Below, piece after piece: positions 1 to 9,415 of a stretch of DNA of 64,000 nt. This stretch comes from Terricaulis sp. GTDB taxonomy: Bacteria > Pseudomonadota > Alphaproteobacteria > Caulobacterales > Aquidulcibacteraceae. Position numbers and translations under genes: made by a program. Where the stretch lies: assembly GCA_040080225.1 (NCBI GenBank), contig JBEBIU010000001.1:4978-68977 (forward strand). The letters are read 5' to 3'. Numbering within the stretch: the first letter of the stretch is position 1; each line of letters opens with the position of its first letter. The notes beneath the pieces are model-generated. The model ran no database searches, was not told the origin of the DNA, and worked only from the letters and a program-made list of their open reading frames with translations.

Positions 1-285
1 GCACTCATCCATCTTGGCGCGGATCTGGTGGTCTGAGAGTTCGACCGCGTGCAGGTCGAGGTCGGCGCGCAGCTTGCGGAACAAATCCTCTGCGCCGGCT
101 TCTTCCAGGTCCGCCACCACCACCGATTTCGCGTAATCGGCGGCCGCTTCGCCAGAGAGCCCCATCAGGCCCGCCGCCCATAGACCGGTCAATTTGGCCC
201 GGCGCGCTTGCGCCTTGAACTCAAGCTCTTGATCCATAGAGAATTTCTTCTCCTGGGCGCGCTGGCGATCATCGAACTGGCTCAT
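1..285 (-). CDS. DUF1476 / F1-ATPase zeta-inhibitor-like protein (3' end runs off the window)
   Basis: Own translation from ATG at 285: [56 protein letters not shown]...KMDEC. In frame to base 1 with no stop, so it is absent from the ORF track. This family typically neighbours purC in alphaproteobacteria. Confidence 0.6.
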   Translation of the reverse strand, partial: MSQFDDRQRAQEKKFSMDQELEFKAQARRAKLTGLWAAGLMGLSGEAAADYAKSVVVADLEEAGAEDLFRKLRADLDLHAVELSDHQIRAKMDEC

Positions 286-496
286 CGGGCTGGTCTCCGT
301 GTCGGGGTTCTTCCCCATAATGGGAGCGGCCCTCGCGATCAACCAGCCTCCCATGCGCAGCGGTACTAATTGTGGCGCCGCAGCTTCTCCCCTAAGTTCT
401 TGTAACCGAGGCGCGCGCGGGCCGATTCTGGCCCGCTTTTGCGATTCTGGACGCCGGCTTGAGCCGCCGGCGCCCTTCGGGGAGGGAGCTCCCGCA

Positions 497-1252
497 ATGT
501 CCCGTCGCAAGAAAATCTACGAAGGCAAGGCCAAGATTCTTTACGAGGGGCCCGAGCCCGGAACTCTGATCCAATATTTCAAGGACGACGCCACCGCGTT
601 CAATGCGCAGAAGAAGGCGATCCTGGAAGGCAAGGGCGTCATCAACAACCAGATCTCCGGGTTCATCATGACGAACCTGAACGCGATCGGCGTGCCCACC
701 CATTACATCAAGACCATGAACATGCGCGAACAGCTCGTGCGCGAGGTCGAGATCATCCCGCTCGAAGTGGTGTGCCGCAATGTTGCGGCCGGTTCGCTAT
801 CCACGCGCCTCGGCATTGAGGAAGGCACGCCGCTGCCGCGTTCGATAATCGAGTTCTATTACAAGAACGACGCGCTCGGCGATCCGATGGTGGCCGAGGA
901 ACACATCACCGCGTTCAATTGGGCTTCCACGCAAGACATCGACGACATCATGGCGCTGACGCTGCGGGTCAACGATTACATGTTCGGCATGTTCGGCGCC
1001 GTCGGCATCAAGCTGATCGATTTCAAGCTCGAGTTCGGCCGGCTATACGAAGGCGACATGGTGCGCACAGTTATCGCCGACGAGATCAGCCCTGATTCGG
1101 CGCGACTTTGGGACGTGCAGACCAACGAGAAAATGGACAAGGACCGTTTCCGCCGCGACCTCGGCAACGTCACCGAAGCGTACGTGGAAGTCGCCCGCCG
1201 GCTCGGCATCGTGAAGACCGCGGCGGCTGGCGGTGGCGAGAGCGTTCATTAA
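497..1252 (+). CDS. purC: phosphoribosylaminoimidazole-succinocarboxamide (SAICAR) synthase
   Basis: Within ORF 299..1252. Internal ATG at 497 gives [36 protein letters not shown]..., a typical PurC N-terminus. The upstream 66 codons look non-coding. Confidence 0.93.
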   Translation: MSRRKKIYEGKAKILYEGPEPGTLIQYFKDDATAFNAQKKAILEGKGVINNQISGFIMTNLNAIGVPTHYIKTMNMREQLVREVEIIPLEVVCRNVAAGSLSTRLGIEEGTPLPRSIIEFYYKNDALGDPMVAEEHITAFNWASTQDIDDIMALTLRVNDYMFGMFGAVGIKLIDFKLEFGRLYEGDMVRTVIADEISPDSARLWDVQTNEKMDKDRFRRDLGNVTEAYVEVARRLGIVKTAAAGGGESVH

Positions 1253-1344
1253 TGCACTGTCATCCCGCCGCTGCGTCTGACGCGTGACACTCTCCTGGGG
1301 GCGGGAGAGGATAGCGGTGGGCATGATTTGATTTGGGGTTGGCA

Positions 1345-1590
1345 ATGAGAGCAATCGTGACTGTGGGCCTGAAGCCGGGCGTTCTTGACGTGCAGGGCAA
1401 GGCCGTCGCCGGCGCCCTGAAGGAACTGGGCTTCGCCGGCGTCGAAGACGCGCGTGTTGGCAAGCGCATCGAGATCCAACTCGACGGCGATCTCGATCCC
1501 GCTACCGCCGAAGCGGAAGTGCGCGAGATGTGCGAGAAGCTCCTGGCCAACACCGTGATCGAAAGTTACCGCGTCGAAATCGCGGGCTGA
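1345..1590 (+). CDS. purS: FGAM synthase subunit PurS
   Basis: MRAIVTVGLKPGVLDVQGKAV...IESYRVEIAG, about 81 aa, directly downstream of purC. Confidence 0.88.
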   Translation: MRAIVTVGLKPGVLDVQGKAVAGALKELGFAGVEDARVGKRIEIQLDGDLDPATAEAEVREMCEKLLANTVIESYRVEIAG

Positions 1591-1591
1591 C

Positions 1592-2404
1592 ATGGCGCCC
1601 TTCCGTCTCGAAGGGCGTACGGCTGTGATAACGGGCGCCGCATCGGGCATTGGCGCGGCACTGGCTTCAGCGCTGGCGACGCGCGGATGCCGCCTCGCCC
1701 TTGCCGATATCGATGAAGCCGCACTCGCGACAATTGCCGCGCGCCACGCGCGAAACGGTTTGCACGTCACCCAGATGAAGGTCGATGTCGCTAGTCTGCA
1801 CGACATCAAAGCGTTCGCGACAGCAATCGAACGCGATCACGCCGGCGTCGACCTCCTGTTCAACAATGCTGGCGTGGCGCTCGCGGGGTCGTTCGAAGAT
1901 ATTGCAATCGAGGACTTCGAATGGCTGATCAATGTGAACTTCCTCGGCGTCGTGCGCATGACGCGCGCCTTGCTGCCGCTGCTGCGCCGCGCCGAGGAGA
2001 GCCGCATCGTCAACGTTTCCAGCTTGTTCGGCATCATCGCGCCGGCCGGCCAGACCGCCTACGCAGCCAGCAAGTTCGCGGTGCGGGGGTTCTCAGATGC
2101 ACTGCGCCATGAATTGCGGGGGTCGAGTATCGGCGTCACCACTGTGCACCCTGGCGGCGTAAAGACCGATATCGCGCGCCGGGCGATCGAGCGACAGAAG
2201 CTGCCCGCGGCGCAACGCGACAACGCCGTGAAACGAAGCGAACGCTTGTTGCGGATGGCGCCGGAGAAGGCGGCGGATATAATTTTGCGCGCGGTAGAGA
2301 AACGCCAGCCGCGCGTGCTAGTCGGCGCCGACGCGAAGATTGCCGCCTTGGTCGAGCGCCTCGCGCCGGCAAATTATTGGTCGCTGCTGGGCGGGCGCAA
2401 TTAA
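1592..2404 (+). CDS. short-chain dehydrogenase/reductase (SDR) family oxidoreductase
   Basis: TGAASGIGAA cofactor motif and YAASKFAV catalytic motif. ATG lies 1 nt after the purS stop. Confidence 0.88.
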   Translation: MAPFRLEGRTAVITGAASGIGAALASALATRGCRLALADIDEAALATIAARHARNGLHVTQMKVDVASLHDIKAFATAIERDHAGVDLLFNNAGVALAGSFEDIAIEDFEWLINVNFLGVVRMTRALLPLLRRAEESRIVNVSSLFGIIAPAGQTAYAASKFAVRGFSDALRHELRGSSIGVTTVHPGGVKTDIARRAIERQKLPAAQRDNAVKRSERLLRMAPEKAADIILRAVEKRQPRVLVGADAKIAALVERLAPANYWSLLGGRN

Positions 2405-3609
2405 CCGATCGTCAACGGCAGCTCCGCGAAGCCGCGGAACCCATACGCCACTTTGCGCGGCGCCTCCCCGCTCAGGCGCAGGCGCGGGAAGCGCGCAAAC
2501 AGACGCTCGATCGCGACCGCCGCTTCAAGGCGCGCAAGCGCCGCGCCTGGACAGGCATGCGCTCCTCCGCCGAAGGAAACATGTTCGCGGCGCGTCCGGT
2601 CGATGCGGAAGACGTGCGGGTCGGAGAACACCTCGGGGTCGCGGTTGGCCGCGAGGATCGACGCCTTCACCGTACCGCCCGCAGGGAGCGGACAGCCCAG
2701 GTATTCACCCTCCTCCGGTAGGTGGCGCGCCACAGCGCTGACCGGAGGATCGAAGCGCAGCACTTCCTCCACGGTGGCGTCAATCAGTTCGGGCTTCACC
2801 CGCAGCTGTTCAAGCTGCTCGGGATGATCGAGGAGCAACATGATCGCGTTGCCGATAACGTCGGTCGTTGTGAGATTTCCCGCCACCAGGAGCAGCAAAC
2901 ACAACGGAGCTATCTCCTCATTGCTGAGGTGCAGACCGTTCACATCCGCTGCAATCAGTTCGGAGATGAGATCATCTCCTGGCGCGGCGCGGCGGGCCTT
3001 TACCGCGGCGAGCACATAGCTTTGCAGCGCCTTCGTCGCCGCACCAAGCTGGCCGTCCTGCTCGGCCGTGCGAGATGGCAGCATTGTCAGGATGCCCGCA
3101 TCCGCCGACCAGTTCTTGAGGGCGACGCTGTCGCCTCGCGGAAGCCCGAGGATGTCGGCAATTGTCAGGAGCGGAACCGGCGCCGCAAAGTCGGCGACGC
3201 CGTCGAATGAGCCCCTGACCTCGACGGCGTCCAAAAGGTCGTCCACGATCGCAACCACCAAAGCGCGCTTCGCCTCGGTCGCGCGGGCGTCCAAGGCGCG
3301 GCCCACGAGCTTGCGGCCCATCCGATGCTTGTCGCCTTCCATGGAGAGCAACGTGCCCGCGGCCACGTCCGCGCCGCGATCGGGCGCTTTCTTGGCGTCG
3401 CGGGTGAGCGCACGATCAATCAAAGCTGTGCGCACATCGCCGTGGCGGGTCAAGAACAGGCGGCTCCCGCCGGAGCAAGGATCGAGGTAGCGAGGCGCTT
3501 GCCGACGCAAACGGTCGAGCCGAACGTGGGGCGCATCGCGAAAGGTCGGATCGAGTTCGCTCAGCTTCAGTCCGCTCGGCAACGCCGATTCGTCGTGCTG
3601 GCTTCCCAT
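2401..3609 (-). CDS. cytochrome P450
   Basis: Heme-ligand signature FGGGAHACPG and EEVLRFDPP (ExxR region). Start taken at MGSQHDES (ATG 3609) inside ORF 2401..3738. Confidence 0.9.
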   Translation of the reverse strand: MGSQHDESALPSGLKLSELDPTFRDAPHVRLDRLRRQAPRYLDPCSGGSRLFLTRHGDVRTALIDRALTRDAKKAPDRGADVAAGTLLSMEGDKHRMGRKLVGRALDARATEAKRALVVAIVDDLLDAVEVRGSFDGVADFAAPVPLLTIADILGLPRGDSVALKNWSADAGILTMLPSRTAEQDGQLGAATKALQSYVLAAVKARRAAPGDDLISELIAADVNGLHLSNEEIAPLCLLLLVAGNLTTTDVIGNAIMLLLDHPEQLEQLRVKPELIDATVEEVLRFDPPVSAVARHLPEEGEYLGCPLPAGGTVKASILAANRDPEVFSDPHVFRIDRTRREHVSFGGGAHACPGAALARLEAAVAIERLFARFPRLRLSGEAPRKVAYGFRGFAELPLTIG

Positions 3610-3685
3610 CCCCGCGCCCCGATTCGCTTTTTGGTATTTTTGCCCGAATATTAACAGAGCGGCAACAACCGGGGGCGACCCCGCT

Positions 3686-3778
3686 TCACTTGTCTTTGCG
3701 CGCCAAGAGCCACCACGCGATACCCGCTGTGGCCACAACCGAGACCAACGTGGCTATGATGTTGAGCAAAGGCAGCAT
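3686..3778 (-). CDS. possible 30-aa hydrophobic micro-protein
   Basis: Own translation: MLPLLNIIATLVSVVATAGIAWWLLARKDK-TGA. One hydrophobic helix plus a basic tail. Lies between the PstS-like gene and the P450. Too short for the ORF track. Confidence 0.25.
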   Translation of the reverse strand: MLPLLNIIATLVSVVATAGIAWWLLARKDK

Positions 3779-3869
3779 TGCTTGTCTCTAACACGGCCAG
3801 CGCGCGTTGAAACTAACGCCGACGCACCGGCCACCCCGCAAGAGCGTCTTTTCACGATGACGCAGTACG

Positions 3870-4868
3870 CTACTCGCCGCCGGTCGCCCGCAGCGGGCGC
3901 GCGAGCACATCCTCGATGCTTGCGCCGATGTCTTGCCTGCCGCCGAAGGCAGTGCCGGCCTGGCGGACGCGGACGCGCTCGGAATAGGTCGCATAGGCGC
4001 GCTCTGGCAGCGCGACATAGCCTACACTGGGCGCGATCTGGGCCGCGTTGGCGAACAGATATTGTGCGAAACGCTGCACCTGCGGACGCCGCAGCATCTC
4101 AGCGTTGAAATACACAAACAGCGGCCGAGACAGGGGATAGCTACCATCTGCGATACGCTCCGGCGAGGGCGAAACGCCCTCGACCGACAACGCCTTCACC
4201 CGCGCGCGGTTCTGATCGTAATAGGCGTAGCCAAAATAACCCATTGCGCCAGGATTGCCGGCAACGCCCGTGACCGTAACGTTGTCGTCCTCCGTGGGGG
4301 TGTAATCGGTGCGCGAGGATTTGGCCACACCAACCACGGCCTCGATAAAATAATCGAAGGTGCCAGAGGCTGTCCCCGCGCCGAACAGCTGCAAACCCAG
4401 ATCCGGCCAACGCGGATTGATTTGGCGCCAGTTCGTCACCTGCCCCTGCGCGGCCGGTTCCCAGGTGCGCCGCAACTCAGCCATGCTGATGTTGGCAAGC
4501 GTATTGCTGGGATGGACCACCACGGTCAGCCCATCGAAGGCGATCGGCGCTTCAACATACATCACTCCCGCAGCTGCGCAGGCTTGCATCTCCTCGGCGA
4601 GGATCGGGCGCGAAGCGCCTTGCACTTGCGTCTCGCCGCGGCAGAACTTGCGAAAACCTCCGCCCGTGCCGCTTTCACCTACCGCCACACGCGCTGCCCC
4701 CGATTGCGAAGCGGCGAATTGCTCCGCAGCAGCCTCCGAAATCGGAAACACCGTCGATGAACCGTCAACCTGAATGACCTCACCGCCCACACCCTGTTTG
4801 GCCGGCTCGGCGCCGCACGCGCAAAGCATCAGCGTCACTACCGCGCCCAACAAGTTTCGCTTCAGCAT
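3870..4868 (-). CDS. PstS-family phosphate-binding periplasmic lipoprotein (orphan, no pstCAB nearby)
   Basis: Lipoprotein-like N-terminus MLKRNLLGAVVTLMLCACG, then DGSSTVFPISEAAAEQF and GESGTGGGFRKF, as in PstS/PBP_like_2 proteins. Confidence 0.8.
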   Translation of the reverse strand: MLKRNLLGAVVTLMLCACGAEPAKQGVGGEVIQVDGSSTVFPISEAAAEQFAASQSGAARVAVGESGTGGGFRKFCRGETQVQGASRPILAEEMQACAAAGVMYVEAPIAFDGLTVVVHPSNTLANISMAELRRTWEPAAQGQVTNWRQINPRWPDLGLQLFGAGTASGTFDYFIEAVVGVAKSSRTDYTPTEDDNVTVTGVAGNPGAMGYFGYAYYDQNRARVKALSVEGVSPSPERIADGSYPLSRPLFVYFNAEMLRRPQVQRFAQYLFANAAQIAPSVGYVALPERAYATYSERVRVRQAGTAFGGRQDIGASIEDVLARPLRATGGE

Positions 4869-4999
4869 GGGTGTCCTTCCCTGTTCACCGCCAGGTCCAG
4901 AAGGGCGATCCTCAGAAGGGACCTCAGCGCGACCGGCGAAATACCCCTTGTCATAACAGCACCCTTGGCCGGAATCACCAACCGCTCTAGATAGAGCCC

Positions 5000-5662
5000 A
5001 TGCAATCAGCCGTCATTGTCTTCCCCGGTTCCAATTGCGACCGCGACGCCGCGCGCGCGCTCGAGCGTGTAAGCGGGCGGCCCGCACACATGGTCTGGCA
5101 CAAGGAAACCACTTTGCCCGACGGAATCGATCTGGCCGTGCTGCCCGGCGGCTTCTCCTACGGCGACTATCTCCGTTCCGGCGCGATGGCGGCCAAGAGC
5201 CCGGTGGTGCGGGCGGTGGTCGCTCATGCCGAACGCGGCGGATTGGTGCTCGGTATCTGCAACGGCTTTCAGGTGCTGACCGAAACCCGTCTGCTGCCCG
5301 GCGCGCTCGGCCGCAATGCCGGCCTGAAATTCGCCTGCAAGGAAGCGCCGCTCGCGATCGCCAATTGCAACACCGCTTTTACCCGCGCCTATCGCGAGGC
5401 GCGCGAAACTGCGATCCCGATTGCGCACGGCGACGGGCGTTTTGTCGCCGACGAGGATACACTTGACCGCTTGGAGAACGAGGGCCGCGTCGTGTTCCGC
5501 TATCTCGATAATCCCAACGGCTCGGCCCGCGACATCGCCGGCATCGTCAACGAGCGCGGCAACGTACTGGGCATGATGCCCCACCCCGAGCGCGCAACCG
5601 ATCCAGCGTTAGGGCGCACGGGCGGCGCGGCGGTGTTCCAAAGCCTCTTGGAAGCGGCGTGA
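5000..5662 (+). CDS. purQ: FGAM synthase glutaminase subunit PurQ
   Basis: [16 protein letters not shown]..., GICNGFQ nucleophile elbow, MMPHPER near the C-terminus. Confidence 0.93.
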   Translation: MQSAVIVFPGSNCDRDAARALERVSGRPAHMVWHKETTLPDGIDLAVLPGGFSYGDYLRSGAMAAKSPVVRAVVAHAERGGLVLGICNGFQVLTETRLLPGALGRNAGLKFACKEAPLAIANCNTAFTRAYREARETAIPIAHGDGRFVADEDTLDRLENEGRVVFRYLDNPNGSARDIAGIVNERGNVLGMMPHPERATDPALGRTGGAAVFQSLLEAA

Positions 5663-6063
5663 TGGCGAAGAAAACCCAAGCAGCGCCGGTGGGAGATTTC
5701 GACGCCGAAGTAGATTCCGCGCGCAAGCGTTTGGAAGCGTCGCTCACCGAGGGCGCAACCTTCGACGACCTTGCAGCGCTGCAGGCGCTCGCGCCAATCC
5801 TGGAGCGCCAAATCCGCTCGCGTCGGCTCGCCTTCACGCTTGGAGAGGATGACGACGAAGAAACCCATCTCGTCATCGTCCATGTCGAAACCGACGAGGA
5901 GCTTGGCTTTATCTTCGCCGAAGACGGAGAATACGTGTTCGAAAGCAATCTCGACGCCTATTTCGACGATTTCGTCGATGACGACGCCGAACGCTTCGTG
6001 GAGCGTTTGTACGAGACCCTGCGTTCGGACCTGCCCAAATACGAAGTCGAAGGCAAAGGCTGA
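5662..6063 (+). CDS. hypothetical strongly acidic protein
   Basis: [25 protein letters not shown]...DDDEETHLVIVHVETDEELGFIFAEDGEYVFESNLDAYFDDFVDDDAERF. ATG shares one base with the purQ TGA (a GTG at 5659 is also possible). Confidence 0.65.
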   Translation: MAKKTQAAPVGDFDAEVDSARKRLEASLTEGATFDDLAALQALAPILERQIRSRRLAFTLGEDDDEETHLVIVHVETDEELGFIFAEDGEYVFESNLDAYFDDFVDDDAERFVERLYETLRSDLPKYEVEGKG

Positions 6064-6076
6064 CGCGAACAGGCGT

Positions 6077-6110
6077 GATCGACGGAGAGGGCTATCCCTC
6101 TCCGTCGATC
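6077..6110. terminator. bidirectional GC-rich hairpin between convergent genes
   Basis: gatcgacggagaggg-ctat-ccctctccgtcgatc: perfect 15-bp stem with a 4-nt loop, between the acidic-protein stop (6063) and the sppA stop (6118). Confidence 0.6.
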
Positions 6111-6117
6111 CAAGCCT

Positions 6118-7863
6118 TCACCGCACGTCGAAGCGTTCGGTTTCGGCGCGCACGTTGGCGTCCTCTTCGCGCATCGCCGCGAGCGCGCGGCGCACGCGTG
6201 GGTCTGCGAGCGCCGCGTTGAGCCGCGCCATCGCCTGTGCATTCTCCGAGGAGGCGCCGAACAATTGTTCAATCGCTTCGAACGGCGATCTCTGCTCGGG
6301 ATAGAAACGCAGCTGTACGCGTGCGCCCTCGGCGATGCCGGCGAGCGCGCGCGCGCGCGCCACCGCGACCTGGAAGCCGCCGAGATGATCGACCAGATGG
6401 CGTTCCATCGCTTGTTGGCCGGTCCAGACCCGGCCATGCGCGAGCGCGTGCGCTTGGTCACGCGTCATGTCGCGGCCCTCGGCGACGATGCCGATAAAGC
6501 CTTGATAGGCGCGATCGATGAAGCCCGCGAACGCGGCGCGCTCGGCCTGATTGAAAGGCCTTTCGCTGGTGAACATCTCGACCATGGGCGAGCCCACAGT
6601 GATGGTCTCGGTATTGGTCGATAGGTAATGATCGAACGCGGGCCCGATGATCAGCTTGCCGCCGAGCACTCCAATGGAGCCGGTGATGGTGGTCGGCGAG
6701 GCTACGATCTCGTCGGCGTAAGCGGCGACATAATACCCTCCGGAGGCGGCCACGTCGCCCATCGACACCACCACCTTCTTGCCCCGCTCCTGAGCGGTAC
6801 GCAGCGCCGCCAATATCTGATCTGAGGCGACCACCGAACCGCCAGGGCTGGACACCCGGAACACGATGGCCTTCACTTTCTCGTCGTCGGACGCTTCCAA
6901 CAAAGCGGCGGCGACGTTGTCGCTGTTCATCATTTGCTCGTCGTTGAAGACGCCGCTTTCGCCCGGACCCGACACGATGGGGCCCTCGCCTTGGACCACC
7001 GCAATCACTTCACCGGAGTGTTGGGGCGGCGAATAATCCTCGATATCGACAACCTCCGCACGTTCGGCGCGGGCAAGGGCCGCGCGCTCGGCGTCTTCGG
7101 GGCGGCCGATCTTGTCGATGAGCTTGAGTTCAACCGCGCGCTGGCTCGTGAACGGCGTGGCCTCGACGGCGGCGCGCACGGCTTGCGGCGCAAGCTCGCG
7201 ATCGGCGGCGATGTCGGCGATCATCTGGTCGTAGATGCTTGTCATCATCGACGTAAGCTCTTCGCGGTGCGCTGGTGTGAAACCCCGCTGGGTCAGAGAA
7301 TTTGCGGCGGTCTTGTATTCTTCGCGTGTCTCGAACTGCGCCTGCATGTGGTAACGCTGCAGCGTGCCGGCGAAGAAGGTCGCCTCGGCGGAAAGCCCCA
7401 TGGGCTGGAACTCGCTGACGTCCTGCAGCCAGACTTCGTCGGAATCGGCGACAGTCATGTAGCCGGGCATCGACATGCGCGCACCGTCGGTCTGCAGGTG
7501 GGCGATCACGAATTTGCCGGACTGACGGAACGCCGCGATCGCGGCGCGCAATTCTTCGGCCTGGGCCGGGGCCATGCCATCGGTGTTGGCGCGGATGTAG
7601 AGGCCCTTGACGCGGTTATCGGCGCGGGCGCCATCGAGGCGGGTCAGCGTCTCCATCAGCGAGGGCTCAGCGCCCCAGGCCGCGAACGGACTTTCCGGGG
7701 TCTGGTCAGTCATTTCGCCGCGCAGGTCCAGCCGCAACACCATCTGCGAAGGCTGATCAGGCGCCTTCGGCGCCATCATCCCGATCAAAACCATCGGCGC
7801 AATGAAAAGGAAAAGCACGAGCCCAACGAGGACCCCCGCAACAGTAATCAGGAATTGCTTCAC
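6118..7863 (-). CDS. sppA: signal peptide peptidase SppA, 67K type
   Basis: Two ClpP/crotonase-like halves (SPGGSVVASD..., DVAASGGYYVA) after an N-terminal TM helix. Start chosen at GTG 7863 (VKQFLITVAGVLVGLVLFLF). The ORF track extends to a TTG at 7923. Confidence 0.85.
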   Translation of the reverse strand: MKQFLITVAGVLVGLVLFLFIAPMVLIGMMAPKAPDQPSQMVLRLDLRGEMTDQTPESPFAAWGAEPSLMETLTRLDGARADNRVKGLYIRANTDGMAPAQAEELRAAIAAFRQSGKFVIAHLQTDGARMSMPGYMTVADSDEVWLQDVSEFQPMGLSAEATFFAGTLQRYHMQAQFETREEYKTAANSLTQRGFTPAHREELTSMMTSIYDQMIADIAADRELAPQAVRAAVEATPFTSQRAVELKLIDKIGRPEDAERAALARAERAEVVDIEDYSPPQHSGEVIAVVQGEGPIVSGPGESGVFNDEQMMNSDNVAAALLEASDDEKVKAIVFRVSSPGGSVVASDQILAALRTAQERGKKVVVSMGDVAASGGYYVAAYADEIVASPTTITGSIGVLGGKLIIGPAFDHYLSTNTETITVGSPMVEMFTSERPFNQAERAAFAGFIDRAYQGFIGIVAEGRDMTRDQAHALAHGRVWTGQQAMERHLVDHLGGFQVAVARARALAGIAEGARVQLRFYPEQRSPFEAIEQLFGASSENAQAMARLNAALADPRVRRALAAMREEDANVRAETERFDVR

Positions 7864-8054
7864 GGACACGCTCCAACCCGGCCCCGGCGACCAGCTTATC
7901 GATAAATGATATGAACTTGGCAAAGTTGCAAGTGGATTTTATCGAGAAATGATAAAAATGGTGGGCGAATGCATCCTCGACGCCCAGTGAGAGATACGGG
8001 CGACTAAAGATCGAGGCTCCTTGAGGCCTTGCCCCCGGCTGGGAGAAACAGCTT

Positions 8055-8975
8055 ATGAAAAAGTGGTTGGTCGCGATCTTGCTGCTGGTTGGGAGCCTTG
8101 GGGGATTTTTTTGGTGGGCCGCGCTCGACGCCGCAGCGCCAGCGCGCGCTGACGGCGTGTTCGCCCTTGGCGCCTATCGAGCGCTAGTCGCCGACGATCC
8201 CGCGGAGGCGTTGCCCAAGGAAATTCGCGTCGAGTTCGTCGGCGGCGCGGCGAGGCCGGCGTTTGCGGTCCAGGCTGGCGCCATGGGCGCGCGCGAGATT
8301 GCTTACACATCGTTCCAAATTGTTGCGCCGGCCGGCGACACGATCATCGACGCCCCGGTCGATCGTGCACAAGGCGAAGCGATGACGGGCGAGGGTTTCA
8401 CCTTCTCGGACGCAGCGTACGAGCGAGTGCTGACAGCGATGGCGAACGCGGCGACCATTGCGGTCACCCACGAACATGCCGATCATGTCACCGCCATTGC
8501 GCGCCACCCGGCGCCAGCTGCGATCGCCCCACACCTGGCGCTTACCTCCATTCAACGCGACGCGCTCGCGCCATTGGCGCGGGGGGCGGTGCTGGCCCCC
8601 GCGATCGCGGCAATTGCCCCGCTGAGCTTGTCCGCCCCCACCCGTATCGCGCCCGGAATAGTGATGATCCCGGCCGCCGGGCATTCGCCTGCCTCGGTCG
8701 TGTTTTATGTCAAAACCAGCGCGCGCGAATATCTGTTCATCGGCGACATCGCTTGGGCGATGTCCAACATCACCGAACTCACCGGAAGGCCCCGTTTCCT
8801 GGGCTGGATTATCCGCGGGGTGGACACCGGCCGTGACCAAGTGCTGGCGCAGATTCGCGCGCTGCACGATCTGGCGGCCTCCGAGCCAAGTTTGGTGATC
8901 CTCCCGGCGCATGACGCGGCTTATCTGCGCGCGCTTGTCGCTTCCGGGATCCTAACCGAGCGGTTTGCTCCCTAA
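8055..8975 (+). CDS. MBL-fold metallo-hydrolase with N-terminal signal/anchor
   Basis: HEHADH (HxHxDH) motif and N-terminus MKKWLVAILLLVGSLGGFFWW. Confidence 0.75.
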   Translation: MKKWLVAILLLVGSLGGFFWWAALDAAAPARADGVFALGAYRALVADDPAEALPKEIRVEFVGGAARPAFAVQAGAMGAREIAYTSFQIVAPAGDTIIDAPVDRAQGEAMTGEGFTFSDAAYERVLTAMANAATIAVTHEHADHVTAIARHPAPAAIAPHLALTSIQRDALAPLARGAVLAPAIAAIAPLSLSAPTRIAPGIVMIPAAGHSPASVVFYVKTSAREYLFIGDIAWAMSNITELTGRPRFLGWIIRGVDTGRDQVLAQIRALHDLAASEPSLVILPAHDAAYLRALVASGILTERFAP

Positions 8976-9415
8976 ATCTCGGCCACACGCTTCAGATTTG
9001 GCAGCACGAAGCTGCGCCATCCGCCGTCGAGCATGTCGCGTATGGCGCGAATTTGATCGGGTTCGAATTGATCCCACCCATCATGGCGCAACGTAACGCG
9101 CGATCCGCCCGATGCTGTCGCCTCGACAGCGAAGCTCACTATCGTCGCTGGAAAGCCTGGAACGAACCACGAGAACTTGAACAAGGCGGGTTCCTCCAAC
9201 GCCAATATCTCGCAATGCGTGGCGCCGCTAATATCCCCGCGCTGCGCCTTCTCGCGATCCTGCTGCATGTAAAAGACCGCGCCGATGCGCTTTTCGTACT
9301 CCATGCACCCGAGCCAGTTTGGCGCAGTCGCATCGCTGGTCATGATGCGCCAAACGTGTTCCGCGCTGCGCGCGATCTCGACTTCGGCTACAATCGGCCC
9401 CAGTTTCTCGCTCAC
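8972..9415 (-). CDS. SRPBCC / AHSA1 (Activator of Hsp90 ATPase homolog 1-like) domain protein
   Basis: About 147 aa with the typical pattern ...VWRIMTSDATAPNWLG...TLRHDGW.... GTGA overlap with the upstream ArsR gene, a common ArsR-AHSA1 pair. Confidence 0.65.
   Translation of the reverse strand: MSEKLGPIVAEVEIARSAEHVWRIMTSDATAPNWLGCMEYEKRIGAVFYMQQDREKAQRGDISGATHCEILALEEPALFKFSWFVPGFPATIVSFAVEATASGGSRVTLRHDGWDQFEPDQIRAIRDMLDGGWRSFVLPNLKRVAEI

Noticed and set aside
299-496. 66-codon N-terminal extension of purC (GTG at 299)
   Set aside because: The PurC homology starts at [13 protein letters not shown] (497), and the upstream part is low-complexity. Similar extensions were trimmed for rnd, moaA, fdsA, fdsB, fdsD, moaE, guaA and both ACADs.
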